Assembly (NCBI GenBank): GCA_046290465.1
Contig: JBKAGP010000001.1
Span: 6,400,001-6,464,000, forward strand
Source of the DNA: Planctomycetota bacterium
GTDB lineage: Bacteria > Planctomycetota > UBA1135 > UBA2386
Direction of reading: 5' to 3'
DNA length: 64,000 nucleotides
Part shown: positions 45,651 through 55,027 of the stretch, piece after piece
Layout of the letters: every line of letters starts with the position of its first letter
Numbering within the stretch: position 1 is the first letter of the stretch
The notes under the pieces: model-generated
Told to the model about the DNA's origin: nothing
Database searches by the model: none
What the model saw: the letters and a program-made list of their open reading frames with translations, nothing else
Made by a program: the position numbers and the translations under genes

Positions 45651-46877
45651 ATGCGCGCTCATCCGCTGGCGATCCTCCCGCTGCTGACCCTGCTGTCGCT
45701 GCCTGCGTGCAGCCAGGAACCCCGATCGAAGCAGGAGCCCTCGAAGCAGGAGCCCACGAAGCAGGAACCATCCGATGGCCAGACCACCGTGCCGAGCGAC
45801 TTCGCGCGGTTCGTCAAGGTCGGCGACGGCGGCCACTTCGACACCGCCATCACGACCTACGAGAAGGACGGCGTCGAGGTGCTGTTCTACGGCGCCGTGC
45901 ACATCGCCGACAAGGCGTGCTACACGGAGCTCAACAAGCGCTTTGGGACCTGTGACGTGCTGCTCTACGAACTGGTCGGCCCCGAGGACTACCGGCCGAC
46001 CAAGGACCGCGAGGAGCAGGGCTTCAACCCGATCGGCATGCTGCAGCAGGGCCTGAAGAACGGCCTGCAGCTCAGCTTCCAGCTCGACGAGATCGACTAC
46101 CAGGCGAAGAACTTCGTGCACGCCGACATGACGCCGCAGGAGTTCCAGTCGAGCATGGCCGAGCGCGGTGAGAGCCTGCTGTCGATCATGTTCGACATGA
46201 TGGTCAACGGCGCCGAGATGCAGCGCGAACAGGCCGAGAAGGGCGCGATGCCGGCCGACGTCGACCTGGTCAAGGCGTTCCGGACCGGTGAGGGCCGGCA
46301 CATGATGCGCGTGACGTTCGCCCAGCAGCTGGAGGCGATGGAGCTGATGGCGGCCGGCGGCGAGGGCTCGACGCTGCTCGAGGGGCGCAACGAGAAGTGC
46401 CTGAAGGTGCTGCGGCGCGAACTGGGCAACGGCCACCGGAAGATCGGCATCTACTACGGCGCCGCACACCTGCCGCACATGGAGATGCGGCTGGTCGAGG
46501 ACATGGGCTTCAAGAAGGTCCGGCACGAGTGGCTGCAGGCGTGGGACTGCACCCGCCGCGCCGACGCCGAGGTCGCGATCGACGAGGTCGCCAACCGCCG
46601 CACCTGCAAGATCCAGCTGCTGAAGCTGGCCAAGGTCGGCAAGCACTGGCGCAAGCAGCGCGGCGACGACGCGGCGCCGCCGACCGATCCGCGCGCGGTC
46701 GCCGAGCTGATGGACGGCGGCAAGAAGGTCTACGAAGGACCGTTCGCCGATCCGTGGGGCACCGCCTACCGGATCGAGAACCGCGAGGGCAAGCAGCGCT
46801 GGGTCGCGCGCAGCGCCGGGCCGGACAAGAAGTTCGGCACCAAGGACGACCTGCGCATGAACGAGCCGAGCTGGTAG
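45651..46877 (+). CDS. lipoprotein with uncharacterised core and C-terminal GspG-like motif
   Basis: Lipobox LPAC; KQEP x3; GAVHIAD..Y, VLLYELV, RNEKC, YYGAAHLP; DPWGTAY...SAGPDKKFGTKDDL. Confidence 0.7.
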   Translation: MRAHPLAILPLLTLLSLPACSQEPRSKQEPSKQEPTKQEPSDGQTTVPSDFARFVKVGDGGHFDTAITTYEKDGVEVLFYGAVHIADKACYTELNKRFGTCDVLLYELVGPEDYRPTKDREEQGFNPIGMLQQGLKNGLQLSFQLDEIDYQAKNFVHADMTPQEFQSSMAERGESLLSIMFDMMVNGAEMQREQAEKGAMPADVDLVKAFRTGEGRHMMRVTFAQQLEAMELMAAGGEGSTLLEGRNEKCLKVLRRELGNGHRKIGIYYGAAHLPHMEMRLVEDMGFKKVRHEWLQAWDCTRRADAEVAIDEVANRRTCKIQLLKLAKVGKHWRKQRGDDAAPPTDPRAVAELMDGGKKVYEGPFADPWGTAYRIENREGKQRWVARSAGPDKKFGTKDDLRMNEPSW

Positions 46878-47010
46878 TGGGCCTTCGCTGCGGCAGGGCG
46901 GAGCACCTGTCCGGTCCGGGCGTCGCGCGCTAGCATCGTCGCTCTGGGACCGCGTCCGCCCAGCCGGTGGCTCGTCGCCATCGGTCCGGTCGCGCCAGGA
47001 GGAGATCCCC

Positions 47011-47991
47011 ATGCGCGCGCGCTGCAACCTGGTCTGGGCCGGCATCACGCTGGCCGTTTCGCTGCTGTCCGTCGACGCTTCGGCGCAGCAGTTCGTCAAC
47101 GGCGACTTCGAACAGAACACGTTCGCCGGCTGCTCGTACAACGAGACCAACGTGACGTTCTCGGCGGGCATGGTCGGCGCGGACGGCTACGGCACCGGCG
47201 GGGTGACCTCGATGCTCGGCGAGATCGACGTGATGGACGGCAGCTGCACGCAGTACGGGCCGGTCGGCCCGATCGGCACGACGCGAATCGGCCTGGCCGC
47301 CAATAGCGTGACCCAGGGGTTCGACGCGCTGACGCTCGAACTGACCGGGCCTTTGGTCGTCGGGACGTCGTACACGGTGTCGTTCTGGGGGCACTCGGTG
47401 CTCAGCAGCTTCTCCAGCGGCGCGGGCCAGATCCGCATCGGCACGTCGTCGCAGTCGGGCGTCGTCGGCAATGCGGTCGGCGTCGGTGCGCTGATGGACA
47501 CGAGCACCTACGGCCTGTGCTCGGTGACGTTCACCGCTACGGCGCCCGACACCTACATCTCGGTCGAGCCGGTGATGCAGACCTACCGGACCTGGAACTG
47601 GGTCGACGGCTTCGAGATCCATCCGGCGCAGACCGCGTGGTGTTCGGCCGCCAACGGCAACGGCGTCAACCCGTCGATCTGCACCTGCCTGGTGCCGCCG
47701 GTGCTCGGCACCGCGTGGGTGCTCGACGTCGCGCCCGGCCCGAACACGCTGTTCACGGTGATGTACGTCTCGCTCGAGCACGCCTCGCCGCTGTCGCTGC
47801 CGTTCGGCGAACTGCTGATCGACCCGCCGGTGGCCTCGGTCCCGGGCAACCTGACCCACGTCGCGCCGTTGCCGGCTTCGACCGTGCTGCTCGGCGAACC
47901 GCTGTGGGCGCAGGGGCTGCTGGTGGAGAACCTGCCGAGCGGCCTCGACCTGGTGCTGAGCAACGCCCAGGTCGGCGTGATCGGCTACTGA
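47011..47991 (+). CDS. secreted beta-sandwich protein with C-terminal candidate sorting domain
   Basis: SD aggag upstream; signal peptide; VNGDFE; C-terminal LLGEPLWAQGL...LSNA. Confidence 0.75.
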   Translation: MRARCNLVWAGITLAVSLLSVDASAQQFVNGDFEQNTFAGCSYNETNVTFSAGMVGADGYGTGGVTSMLGEIDVMDGSCTQYGPVGPIGTTRIGLAANSVTQGFDALTLELTGPLVVGTSYTVSFWGHSVLSSFSSGAGQIRIGTSSQSGVVGNAVGVGALMDTSTYGLCSVTFTATAPDTYISVEPVMQTYRTWNWVDGFEIHPAQTAWCSAANGNGVNPSICTCLVPPVLGTAWVLDVAPGPNTLFTVMYVSLEHASPLSLPFGELLIDPPVASVPGNLTHVAPLPASTVLLGEPLWAQGLLVENLPSGLDLVLSNAQVGVIGY

Positions 47992-48070
47992 TCGACGCGG
48001 CCGGTCGTCTCGCAACTACCAGCCGTTCTGCCGCCACCAGTCGACCTGTTGCCAAGCAGTCGACCTGGCG

Positions 48071-49573
48071 CTACCAGTCGTCCTGCCGGCCGAGCTCCTC
48101 GACCGCGCCGCTGGCGTCGGCGGTCTGCCAGACGGTCCAATAGGCCAGCCGCGTGATCGCCTCCATCGCGGCGTAGTCGAGCTTGTCGGCCTCGTCGCTG
48201 ACCTGGTGGTAGTCCGGGTGCTCGCCGTCGCAGAAGAACACCACCGGGATGCCCTTCCTGGCGAAGTTGTAGTGGTCGCTGCGGCGGTAGTAGGTGTCGC
48301 CGCTCGTGAACGCGATGTCGAACCTCGCGCCGAGCTGCACGGCGTCCCGCACGATCGTCGAGTACTTCTCGTGCCGGTTGCTCGGCGTGATCTGCATGCG
48401 GATCGTGTCACCGTCGCGGCCGGCGCGTCCGATCATGTCGATGTTGACGTTGGCGGTGATGCGGTCCTTCGGCCAGGTCGGGTGCTCGGCGTACCAGGCC
48501 GAGCCCCACAGCCCGAGTTCTTCTCCGCTGACCGACAGGAACACGATCGAACGCGCCGGCCGCTGCTCGGCGGTGGCGAACGCCTCGGCCAGTTCGAGCA
48601 GGCCGGCAGTGCCCGACGCGTTGTCGTCGGCGCCGTTGAAGCGGTCGCCGTCGAGGCGCGTGCCGACGTGGTCGTGATGTGCCGAGATCACGATCGCCTG
48701 CGCCTTCTTGCTGGTGCCCTCGAGCACCGCACAGACGTTGCTGCCGGTGGCCTTCTTCTCGCTCTGCACCTGGATCTTCAGCCGGCCGCCGGCCTTCTCG
48801 TCCTGCATGTGCGCGAGCAGCTGTTCGCTCGGTTGGCGCGCCAGCACGAACAGCGGCACCTGCACCGGTGGCCTGGCCTGCCGGTCGAAGCTCATCACGC
48901 CGTGGTCGGGCAGCAGCGCGCGGTAGTTGAGGGTGTTGGCGAGCGACGACGCGTCGTCCATCAGGCAGACGACGGCGGCCTTGACGCCCTTGTCGGCGAG
49001 CTTCTTCGACAGCTGCACGTAGCGCTGCACTGCCTGCAGGTCGCCGCCGACGCCGCCGCGGGTCGCACCGCTGTCGAACACGACCACCGGGATGCGCCCC
49101 TTCAGGCCGCCGGGCAGCGACGCGCCGTTGCCGCAGTGCACGAAGCGGCCCTTGATGCTGACCTTGTCCTTGTCGCTGCTGTGCAGCACGGCGAAGCCCT
49201 GCTCGTGCACCTTGGTCTTGCCGAACGCAAGCGCGGTCGCCCGGTGCAGCACCAGCCGTTCGATCGGGAACGCCTGCAGATACTTGCGCCGGTCGCCGAG
49301 CGGCTTCAGCCCCAGCTTCTCGAAGTGCGCGGCGACGTAGGCGGCGGTGTCGCGCTGGCCCTGGCTGGCGGTGTGGCGGCCGCCGCGCTCGTCGCTGGCC
49401 AGCCAGTAGGCGTGGTCGCGCAGGCCCTCGCGATCGATCGTGGCGATGCCCGGCGGCGCGCCGTCGGGGACCGGTGCCGGCGGGCCGAGGTCCTTGCGCT
49501 TGCCTCCGTTCTGTTGGCTCGTGGCGAGCGCGGCCAGCAGGGTCACGGCAACGGTCAGGTGGAGGCGACGCAT
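48071..49573 (-). CDS. M28 family aminopeptidase
   Basis: SAHHDHVG, NGADDNASG, GEELGLWGS, NIDMIGR, RSDH, DYHQ..D. Confidence 0.92.
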   Translation of the reverse strand: MRRLHLTVAVTLLAALATSQQNGGKRKDLGPPAPVPDGAPPGIATIDREGLRDHAYWLASDERGGRHTASQGQRDTAAYVAAHFEKLGLKPLGDRRKYLQAFPIERLVLHRATALAFGKTKVHEQGFAVLHSSDKDKVSIKGRFVHCGNGASLPGGLKGRIPVVVFDSGATRGGVGGDLQAVQRYVQLSKKLADKGVKAAVVCLMDDASSLANTLNYRALLPDHGVMSFDRQARPPVQVPLFVLARQPSEQLLAHMQDEKAGGRLKIQVQSEKKATGSNVCAVLEGTSKKAQAIVISAHHDHVGTRLDGDRFNGADDNASGTAGLLELAEAFATAEQRPARSIVFLSVSGEELGLWGSAWYAEHPTWPKDRITANVNIDMIGRAGRDGDTIRMQITPSNRHEKYSTIVRDAVQLGARFDIAFTSGDTYYRRSDHYNFARKGIPVVFFCDGEHPDYHQVSDEADKLDYAAMEAITRLAYWTVWQTADASGAVEELGRQDDW

Positions 49574-49613
49574 CGCAGGATCGTAGCGCTCCTCGCCGGC
49601 ACCGGCAGCTGGA

Positions 49614-51137
49614 TCAGTCCGCTTCGCCGGCCGAGTCGAGCAGGCGCCGCAGCCGCTCGTCGTCCTCGAGCACGGTGACCGTCTTGGTCTGCGACGGCAC
49701 CACGGCACCGGCCGGCAGCCCCTTCGGCTTGCGCACGTTCTTGCGGAACGTGTAGATCACGTCGATGCGCGGCTCGCCGCGCGCCTTGCTGAAGTGCACC
49801 GCCAGCGTCGCGGCGTCGAGCAGGGTCTCGAGGCTGGCGGTCTTGTTCTTCGGCAGCCGCACCACGACGTGCGAACCGGGTCGGCCGCCGCCGACGTGCA
49901 GCCACAGGTCGTTGCCATTGGCGAACCGCATCGTCAGCTCGTCGTTCTGGTTGTTGTTGCGGCCGACGAAGATCGGGTAGCCCTCGGCGGACGCGAACCG
50001 GCGGTAGGGGGCCGCGGCCTCCTTCTTCTTCTGCCCGCTCGGCTTGGTCTGCCTGGTCTGCCTGGTCTGGGGCTTCGGCAGCAGGCCGAGTCCGACCAGC
50101 ACCGCGCGGGCCGCTTCGAGGTCGTCGTCGGACGGCTGCTCGAGCCGCGCCAGCACGTCGTCGAGGCGCTGCAGCTCCGCTTGCCCGTCCTGCAGCCGTT
50201 GCTCGGCCACGGCGCGGCCGTCGCCGAGCCGGCGCGCCTTGTCGTAGAGCTGGTTGGCCTGCTGGGTAACGGGCTTCTTCGGATCAAGCGGGATCGTCAC
50301 CGTGCCGTCACCGTCGAGCGCGGGCACCTCCATGCTGCCGGCGCCGCGCGGCACCTGGTAGGCATCCGCCAGCATCAGGTCGGCGCGCTGCCGCAGTTCG
50401 TCGGCGCGGCCGACGTCGTCGAGCTGGCGCCGCAGTCCCTGCACCTTGTTGCGCACCTTCTTGCGCGCCCGCTGGGCCGCGAGCCGCAGCGTGGTCTCGC
50501 TCTGGGCCTGCTCCTTGTCGAGATCGAGTGCGGTGAAGTGCGCGTCGATCGCGTCGAGCACCGGCGGCGCGAACCGCGGCTCACCGACCTTGCGGTCGCC
50601 GCCACCTGGGGACGGCGGCGGCGGCACGTAGACGTCGCCGCGGCGCAGCGTGCGCACGGCGGTCTCGACGGCCCGCGACATCGTCAGGCAGACGCCGCCC
50701 TGGTCGCACAGCGCCCACAGGCCCCGGGCGCCGAACAGTTCGACGTGGAGCCGCCGCTCGCCGGCAGCCGCGTCGAACACGAACGCGCAGCTACGCTCGT
50801 CGTCGCCAGCGTGGGTCACGTCGCGCAGCACCGCGTTCTGCAGCTCGCGCTGCAACAGGTCCGGGCCAGGCCCACGTGCGCGCGCTTCGCGCCCGAACCG
50901 TCGCTGCGTCGAGCAGATCCGCGCGCGGGTGCCGCCGAGCGCGACGTGCACGAAGACCTTGCGCGCGTCCGGGTCGGTGGGCTGCAGCACCAGCAGCACG
51001 TCCTCGTGCTCGTCGGTGCCGATCAGCGCGACCGCGTCCAGCACGGTCGCAGAGCGCAGCGCAGAGAGCTCGGCCACGGCGTGGCCGAGTTCTCTTGCAG
51101 TCAGCCCGCGCGCGGCGGGGCCAGCAGGCGCGGGCAT
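49614..51137 (-). CDS. NFACT family protein (RqcH/Rqc2/FbpA-like)
   Basis: ELFG, VGRNNNQNDELT, DLWLH...PGSHVV, DAATLAVHFS, YT..KNVRKPKG. Confidence 0.88.
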   Translation of the reverse strand: MPAPAGPAARGLTARELGHAVAELSALRSATVLDAVALIGTDEHEDVLLVLQPTDPDARKVFVHVALGGTRARICSTQRRFGREARARGPGPDLLQRELQNAVLRDVTHAGDDERSCAFVFDAAAGERRLHVELFGARGLWALCDQGGVCLTMSRAVETAVRTLRRGDVYVPPPPSPGGGDRKVGEPRFAPPVLDAIDAHFTALDLDKEQAQSETTLRLAAQRARKKVRNKVQGLRRQLDDVGRADELRQRADLMLADAYQVPRGAGSMEVPALDGDGTVTIPLDPKKPVTQQANQLYDKARRLGDGRAVAEQRLQDGQAELQRLDDVLARLEQPSDDDLEAARAVLVGLGLLPKPQTRQTRQTKPSGQKKKEAAAPYRRFASAEGYPIFVGRNNNQNDELTMRFANGNDLWLHVGGGRPGSHVVVRLPKNKTASLETLLDAATLAVHFSKARGEPRIDVIYTFRKNVRKPKGLPAGAVVPSQTKTVTVLEDDERLRRLLDSAGEAD

Positions 51138-51146
51138 GGGCAGGGC

Positions 51147-51614
51147 TTACTTCTTGAGCTCTTCGACCGGATCGTAGATCCAGTTGTACGCCGCGTAGTC
51201 GTACTCGACGATGCCCTCCGGGAAGAACAGCTCGAGCTCACGCGCGGCGGCCTCGGGCGAGTCGCTGCCGTGCACCAGGTTGTAGCTGCGGCTGACGCCG
51301 TAGTCGCCGCGGATCGTGCCGGCCTCGGCGTCCGAGCCGAACGTCGCGCCCATGATCTTGCGGCAGACGGCGATCGCGCCGATGCCCTCGAGCGCCAGCG
51401 CGACGACCGGCGAGCTGGTCATGAACTTGACCAGGCCGGGGTAGAACGGACGCTCCTTGTGCGCTTCGTAGTGCTTCGCGGCCAGCTCGGGCGTGATCTG
51501 CATGAGCTTCATCGCGGCGATCTTGAGGCCCTTCTTCTCGAAGCGGCTGAGGACTTCGCCGACGAGGCCACGCTGGACGGCGTCGGGCTTGAGCAGGATG
51601 AGGGTGCGTTCCAT
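51147..51614 (-). CDS. ndk: nucleoside diphosphate kinase
   Basis: [33 protein letters not shown]. Confidence 0.97.
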   Translation of the reverse strand: MERTLILLKPDAVQRGLVGEVLSRFEKKGLKIAAMKLMQITPELAAKHYEAHKERPFYPGLVKFMTSSPVVALALEGIGAIAVCRKIMGATFGSDAEAGTIRGDYGVSRSYNLVHGSDSPEAAARELELFFPEGIVEYDYAAYNWIYDPVEELKK

Positions 51615-51664
51615 GTCTTGGGTTCGTATTCGGACGGGCCGTTTGTGCTTGAATGAGGGCGAAG

Positions 51665-52348
51665 ATGATAGCGAGCCACGACCCGCGACGACCAGATCTT
51701 TCACGCCGGACCGGCAGCCGGGTGCTGCTGCTCGGGTTGCTGCTGCTCGGGGTGCCTGCGCTGTGCGGCTGCGCGCAGGGCCGCGAGACGACCCTGCTGC
51801 GGTCGCGTCGCGCCCGCGAGATCGGGACGCTGCGCGCCGAGCGCGAGGCGCAGGAGCGCGAACTGGCGGTCTGGGAGGCGACCCGCGAGCAGGCCGTTCG
51901 GCAGACCGACGAGGCCCGGCGCGGTTCGATCCGCACCAGTTCGCTGCTGCGTTCGGCGCGCGCCGAGCTGCTCGACGAGCTCGAGAAGCTGCAGCAGAGC
52001 GAGCGGGACCTGCTGGCGGCCAGGCAGCGCGGCGTCGAGATCGAGAAGGAGCTGCAGCCGCTGCGCAAGCTCGAGCAGACCCTGAAGGAGCAGGACCAGA
52101 AGATCGCCGCGGCGCACGACCGCATCAAGCAGCTGTCCGCCGAGCTCGCCAAGGCGACCGAGCTGGCGGCCAAGCAGGAGGCCCAGCTGGGGCCGAAGCT
52201 GGCCGCGCTGCAGCAGAAGCTCGGCGAGCTGAAGGCGGCCGGGGCGTCGATCGCCGAGGCCGAGGCGCTGGTGGCGGCCGCCGCCAAGGTGCTGGCGCCG
52301 CAGCAGCCGGCGACGAAGCCGGCCAAGAAGCCGGCCAAGAAGGACTGA
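51665..52348 (+). CDS. coiled-coil lipoprotein
   Basis: Hydrophobic stretch + LCGC lipobox; long heptad helix; KPAKKPAKK tail. Confidence 0.7.
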   Translation: MIASHDPRRPDLSRRTGSRVLLLGLLLLGVPALCGCAQGRETTLLRSRRAREIGTLRAEREAQERELAVWEATREQAVRQTDEARRGSIRTSSLLRSARAELLDELEKLQQSERDLLAARQRGVEIEKELQPLRKLEQTLKEQDQKIAAAHDRIKQLSAELAKATELAAKQEAQLGPKLAALQQKLGELKAAGASIAEAEALVAAAAKVLAPQQPATKPAKKPAKKD

Positions 52349-52354
52349 CGACCG

Positions 52355-53767
52355 CTACTGCCAGTCGTGGTGGAACCACTCGCCGGCCGGCTTGTCGGTG
52401 CGCTCGAACGTGTGCGCGCCGAACAGGTCGCGCTGCGCCTGCGTCAGGTTCTGCGGCAGCGACGCGCGCCGGTAGCTGTCGAAGTAGCTGAGGCTCGCGG
52501 CCATCGCCAGCACCGGGATACCGCGCTCGGCGGCCAGCGCGACGACCTTGCGCCAGGCGCCCTGGTGCTCCTGCAGGAAACCGCCGAGGCCGTCGTCGAG
52601 CAGCAGGTTGGGCAGCTTGCCCTCCTTTGCGTAGGCCTCCTGGATGCTCTTCAGGAAGCGTGCGCGGATGATGCAGCCGCCCTTCCAGATGCGCGCGACC
52701 TCGCCGAGGTTGACGCCCCAGTCCTTGTCGGCGTTGGCGGTCGCGATCAGATCCAGGCCCTGCGCGTAGCTGCAGATCTTGCTGCAGTAGAGGGCATCGC
52801 GGATCGCGTCGAGCATGTCGCCGTCGACGTCGCCGGATGCGTCCGGACCGCGCAGCTTGCTGCTGGCGTGCACGCGCTGCGCCTTCATCGCGCTGAGGTA
52901 GCGAGCCTCGACCGCGGCCTGCATCGTCGGCACCGGGATGCCGTAGCGCAGCGCGATCTCGCTGGTCCACTTGCCGGTGCCCTTCTGGCCGGCCTGGTCG
53001 AGGATCACCTCGACCATCGGCTGGTTGGTCTCCGGGTCCTCGGCGCGCAGGATGCGCTCGGTGATCTCGATCAGGAACGACTCGAGGAAGCCGCGGTTCC
53101 ACTCGGCGAACGTGTCGGCCATCTGCGCGTGGCTCATGCCCAGCACGTTCTTCATCAGGTCGAAGCACTCGGCGATCAGCTGCATGTCGCCGTACTCGAT
53201 GCCGTTGTGCACCATCTTGACGAAGTGCCCGGCCGAGCCCTTGCCGACGTGCGTGACGCAGGCGCCGTCGTCGACCTGGGCGGCGCACTTCTGCAGGATC
53301 GGCGCCAGCTCGTCGTAGGCGCTCTGCTCGCCGCCCGGCATCATGCTCGGGCCGTTGAGCGCGCCCTCCTCGCCGCCGGACACGCCCATGCCGACGAAGC
53401 GGAACCCCTTGGCGGCGAGTTCGACCGAGCGCCGTTCGGTGTCGTCGGGGTGGCTGTTGCCGGCGTCGATGATCATGTCGCCCGACTGCAGGTGCGGCAG
53501 GAACTGCTCGATCGTCGCGTCGACCGGGGCGCCGGCCTTGACCAGCAGCAGCACCTTGCGCGGGCGCACCAGCGAGGCGCAGGCTTCTTCGGGCGTCTTG
53601 GCGCCGAACATCTGGTAGCCGTCCTCGCAGCGGGCGAGGGTCGACTCGACGCGATCCTGGGTGCGGTTCCAGACCGTGACCGGAAAGCCGTTACGGGCGA
53701 TGTTGAGGGCGAGGTTCTGGCCCATCACGGCCAGCCCGACGACACAGATCTGGGAGTTGCTTTGCAT
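52355..53767 (-). CDS. gnd: 6-phosphogluconate dehydrogenase (NADP+, decarboxylating)
   Basis: GLAVMGQNLALN, GVSGGEEGAL, KMVHNGIEYGDMQ, QAQRDLFGAHT. Confidence 0.97.
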   Translation of the reverse strand: MQSNSQICVVGLAVMGQNLALNIARNGFPVTVWNRTQDRVESTLARCEDGYQMFGAKTPEEACASLVRPRKVLLLVKAGAPVDATIEQFLPHLQSGDMIIDAGNSHPDDTERRSVELAAKGFRFVGMGVSGGEEGALNGPSMMPGGEQSAYDELAPILQKCAAQVDDGACVTHVGKGSAGHFVKMVHNGIEYGDMQLIAECFDLMKNVLGMSHAQMADTFAEWNRGFLESFLIEITERILRAEDPETNQPMVEVILDQAGQKGTGKWTSEIALRYGIPVPTMQAAVEARYLSAMKAQRVHASSKLRGPDASGDVDGDMLDAIRDALYCSKICSYAQGLDLIATANADKDWGVNLGEVARIWKGGCIIRARFLKSIQEAYAKEGKLPNLLLDDGLGGFLQEHQGAWRKVVALAAERGIPVLAMAASLSYFDSYRRASLPQNLTQAQRDLFGAHTFERTDKPAGEWFHHDWQ

Positions 53768-53829
53768 GTGCTCTCGTGCGACGCGCGCATGGTAGCGCGG
53801 CCGTGCACGCAATCACACGAGAGCTGCGG

Positions 53830-54831
53830 CTACTTGCGGTCGGCGACGAAGCGCGCCCACCGGGTGTGGTCGCGGCCCGGGTCCTCGCCGACCAGCTTGC
53901 GCAGCGCGCGGCGGTAGGCCTTCCGCACGAAGCGCACCTGCTGCACGTTGACGGTGGTGGCGTCGAGCACGGCGCCGTCCTGGATCACGTCGACCTTCGG
54001 ATCGGCGATGAACGCGGCCGAGGCGACCTCGACGTCCATGTCGGGCACGTAGCTGGTCTGGCGCAGCAGCGCGACGTGGCCGCGGGTGTTCTGGATCGGC
54101 GGGGCGGCGAGGCCGGTCGCGGCCTTCGGCGCGGCTGCGACCAGCAGCTCGACGGCGGCCGGATGGCCGAGTTCGCCGAACAGCTCGGCGGTGCGCGCGC
54201 GCACCACGTGCGAACGGCTGCGCAGGCCCTGGCCGAGGTAGCGCATGTCGGGGCCGCGGATGCCGGACCGCACGACGTCGGTGACGCGGCTGCGCACCAG
54301 GCGGCTGCGGTCGTGCAGCAGCGCGCGCAGCACCAGCGTGCGGTCGCCAGGCTCGCCGCGCCGCAGCAGCGCCTGCAGCGCCAGCATCCGGCGGGCGATG
54401 TTGGCGTTGGTGCGGGCTTCGCCGCGCAGCACGTGGGTCGCGTCCGGCTCGCGCGCCAGCAGTTCGACCAGCGCCGCGTGCCTGCCCATCGACAGGTGCG
54501 TGCGCGCGTGCCGCAGCAGCGCCGTGACGCGTTGCCCGGTGGCGGCCTGGTGGAGGTCGTCCTTCAGGAAGAACGGCTCGAGCCTGGCCAGGAAGTCGCC
54601 GACCGCGCGGATCTGCTGCGGCACGCCTTCGCGGTGCGGCTGGCGCCGGATCGCGGCCTCCAGGTGCTTCCACATCGCCGTCGAACGCCGCTGCGTGAAC
54701 GCCTGCCTGGCCTTCTCCAGGTGGTAGGTGGGGCGCGACAGTCGATCGCGCGAGGGTGCGCAGTCGTCGTGCTGGGCGAGTGCTGCCGGGGCGGCAGCGA
54801 GGACGAACGTCAGGAGCCGTCGGAGTCGCAT
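53830..54831 (-). CDS. exported HEAT-like protein with secretin-like hairpin insert
   Basis: Signal peptide; VRARTAELFGELGHPAAVELL; RGHVALLRQTSYVPDMDVEVASAAFIADPKVDVIQDGAVLDA. Confidence 0.75.
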   Translation of the reverse strand: MRLRRLLTFVLAAAPAALAQHDDCAPSRDRLSRPTYHLEKARQAFTQRRSTAMWKHLEAAIRRQPHREGVPQQIRAVGDFLARLEPFFLKDDLHQAATGQRVTALLRHARTHLSMGRHAALVELLAREPDATHVLRGEARTNANIARRMLALQALLRRGEPGDRTLVLRALLHDRSRLVRSRVTDVVRSGIRGPDMRYLGQGLRSRSHVVRARTAELFGELGHPAAVELLVAAAPKAATGLAAPPIQNTRGHVALLRQTSYVPDMDVEVASAAFIADPKVDVIQDGAVLDATTVNVQQVRFVRKAYRRALRKLVGEDPGRDHTRWARFVADRK

Positions 54832-55027
54832 CGTGCTCGGGGTCGGGACACAACGGTGGCGCGACGCGCCGGGGGTGCGCGCGGCCGGAAGCAGGGGGTG
54901 GCCGGAAGGTGGGGCGAGCCCGCAGGCAGCGCCCCCCGGCGCTCCTAGGAGCGCGTCCATGTAGTGGACGCGCTGCCGACCGTGATCGCGGAAGCGGCGT
55001 GTACGCGTGCGGACGGGGCTTTGCCCC

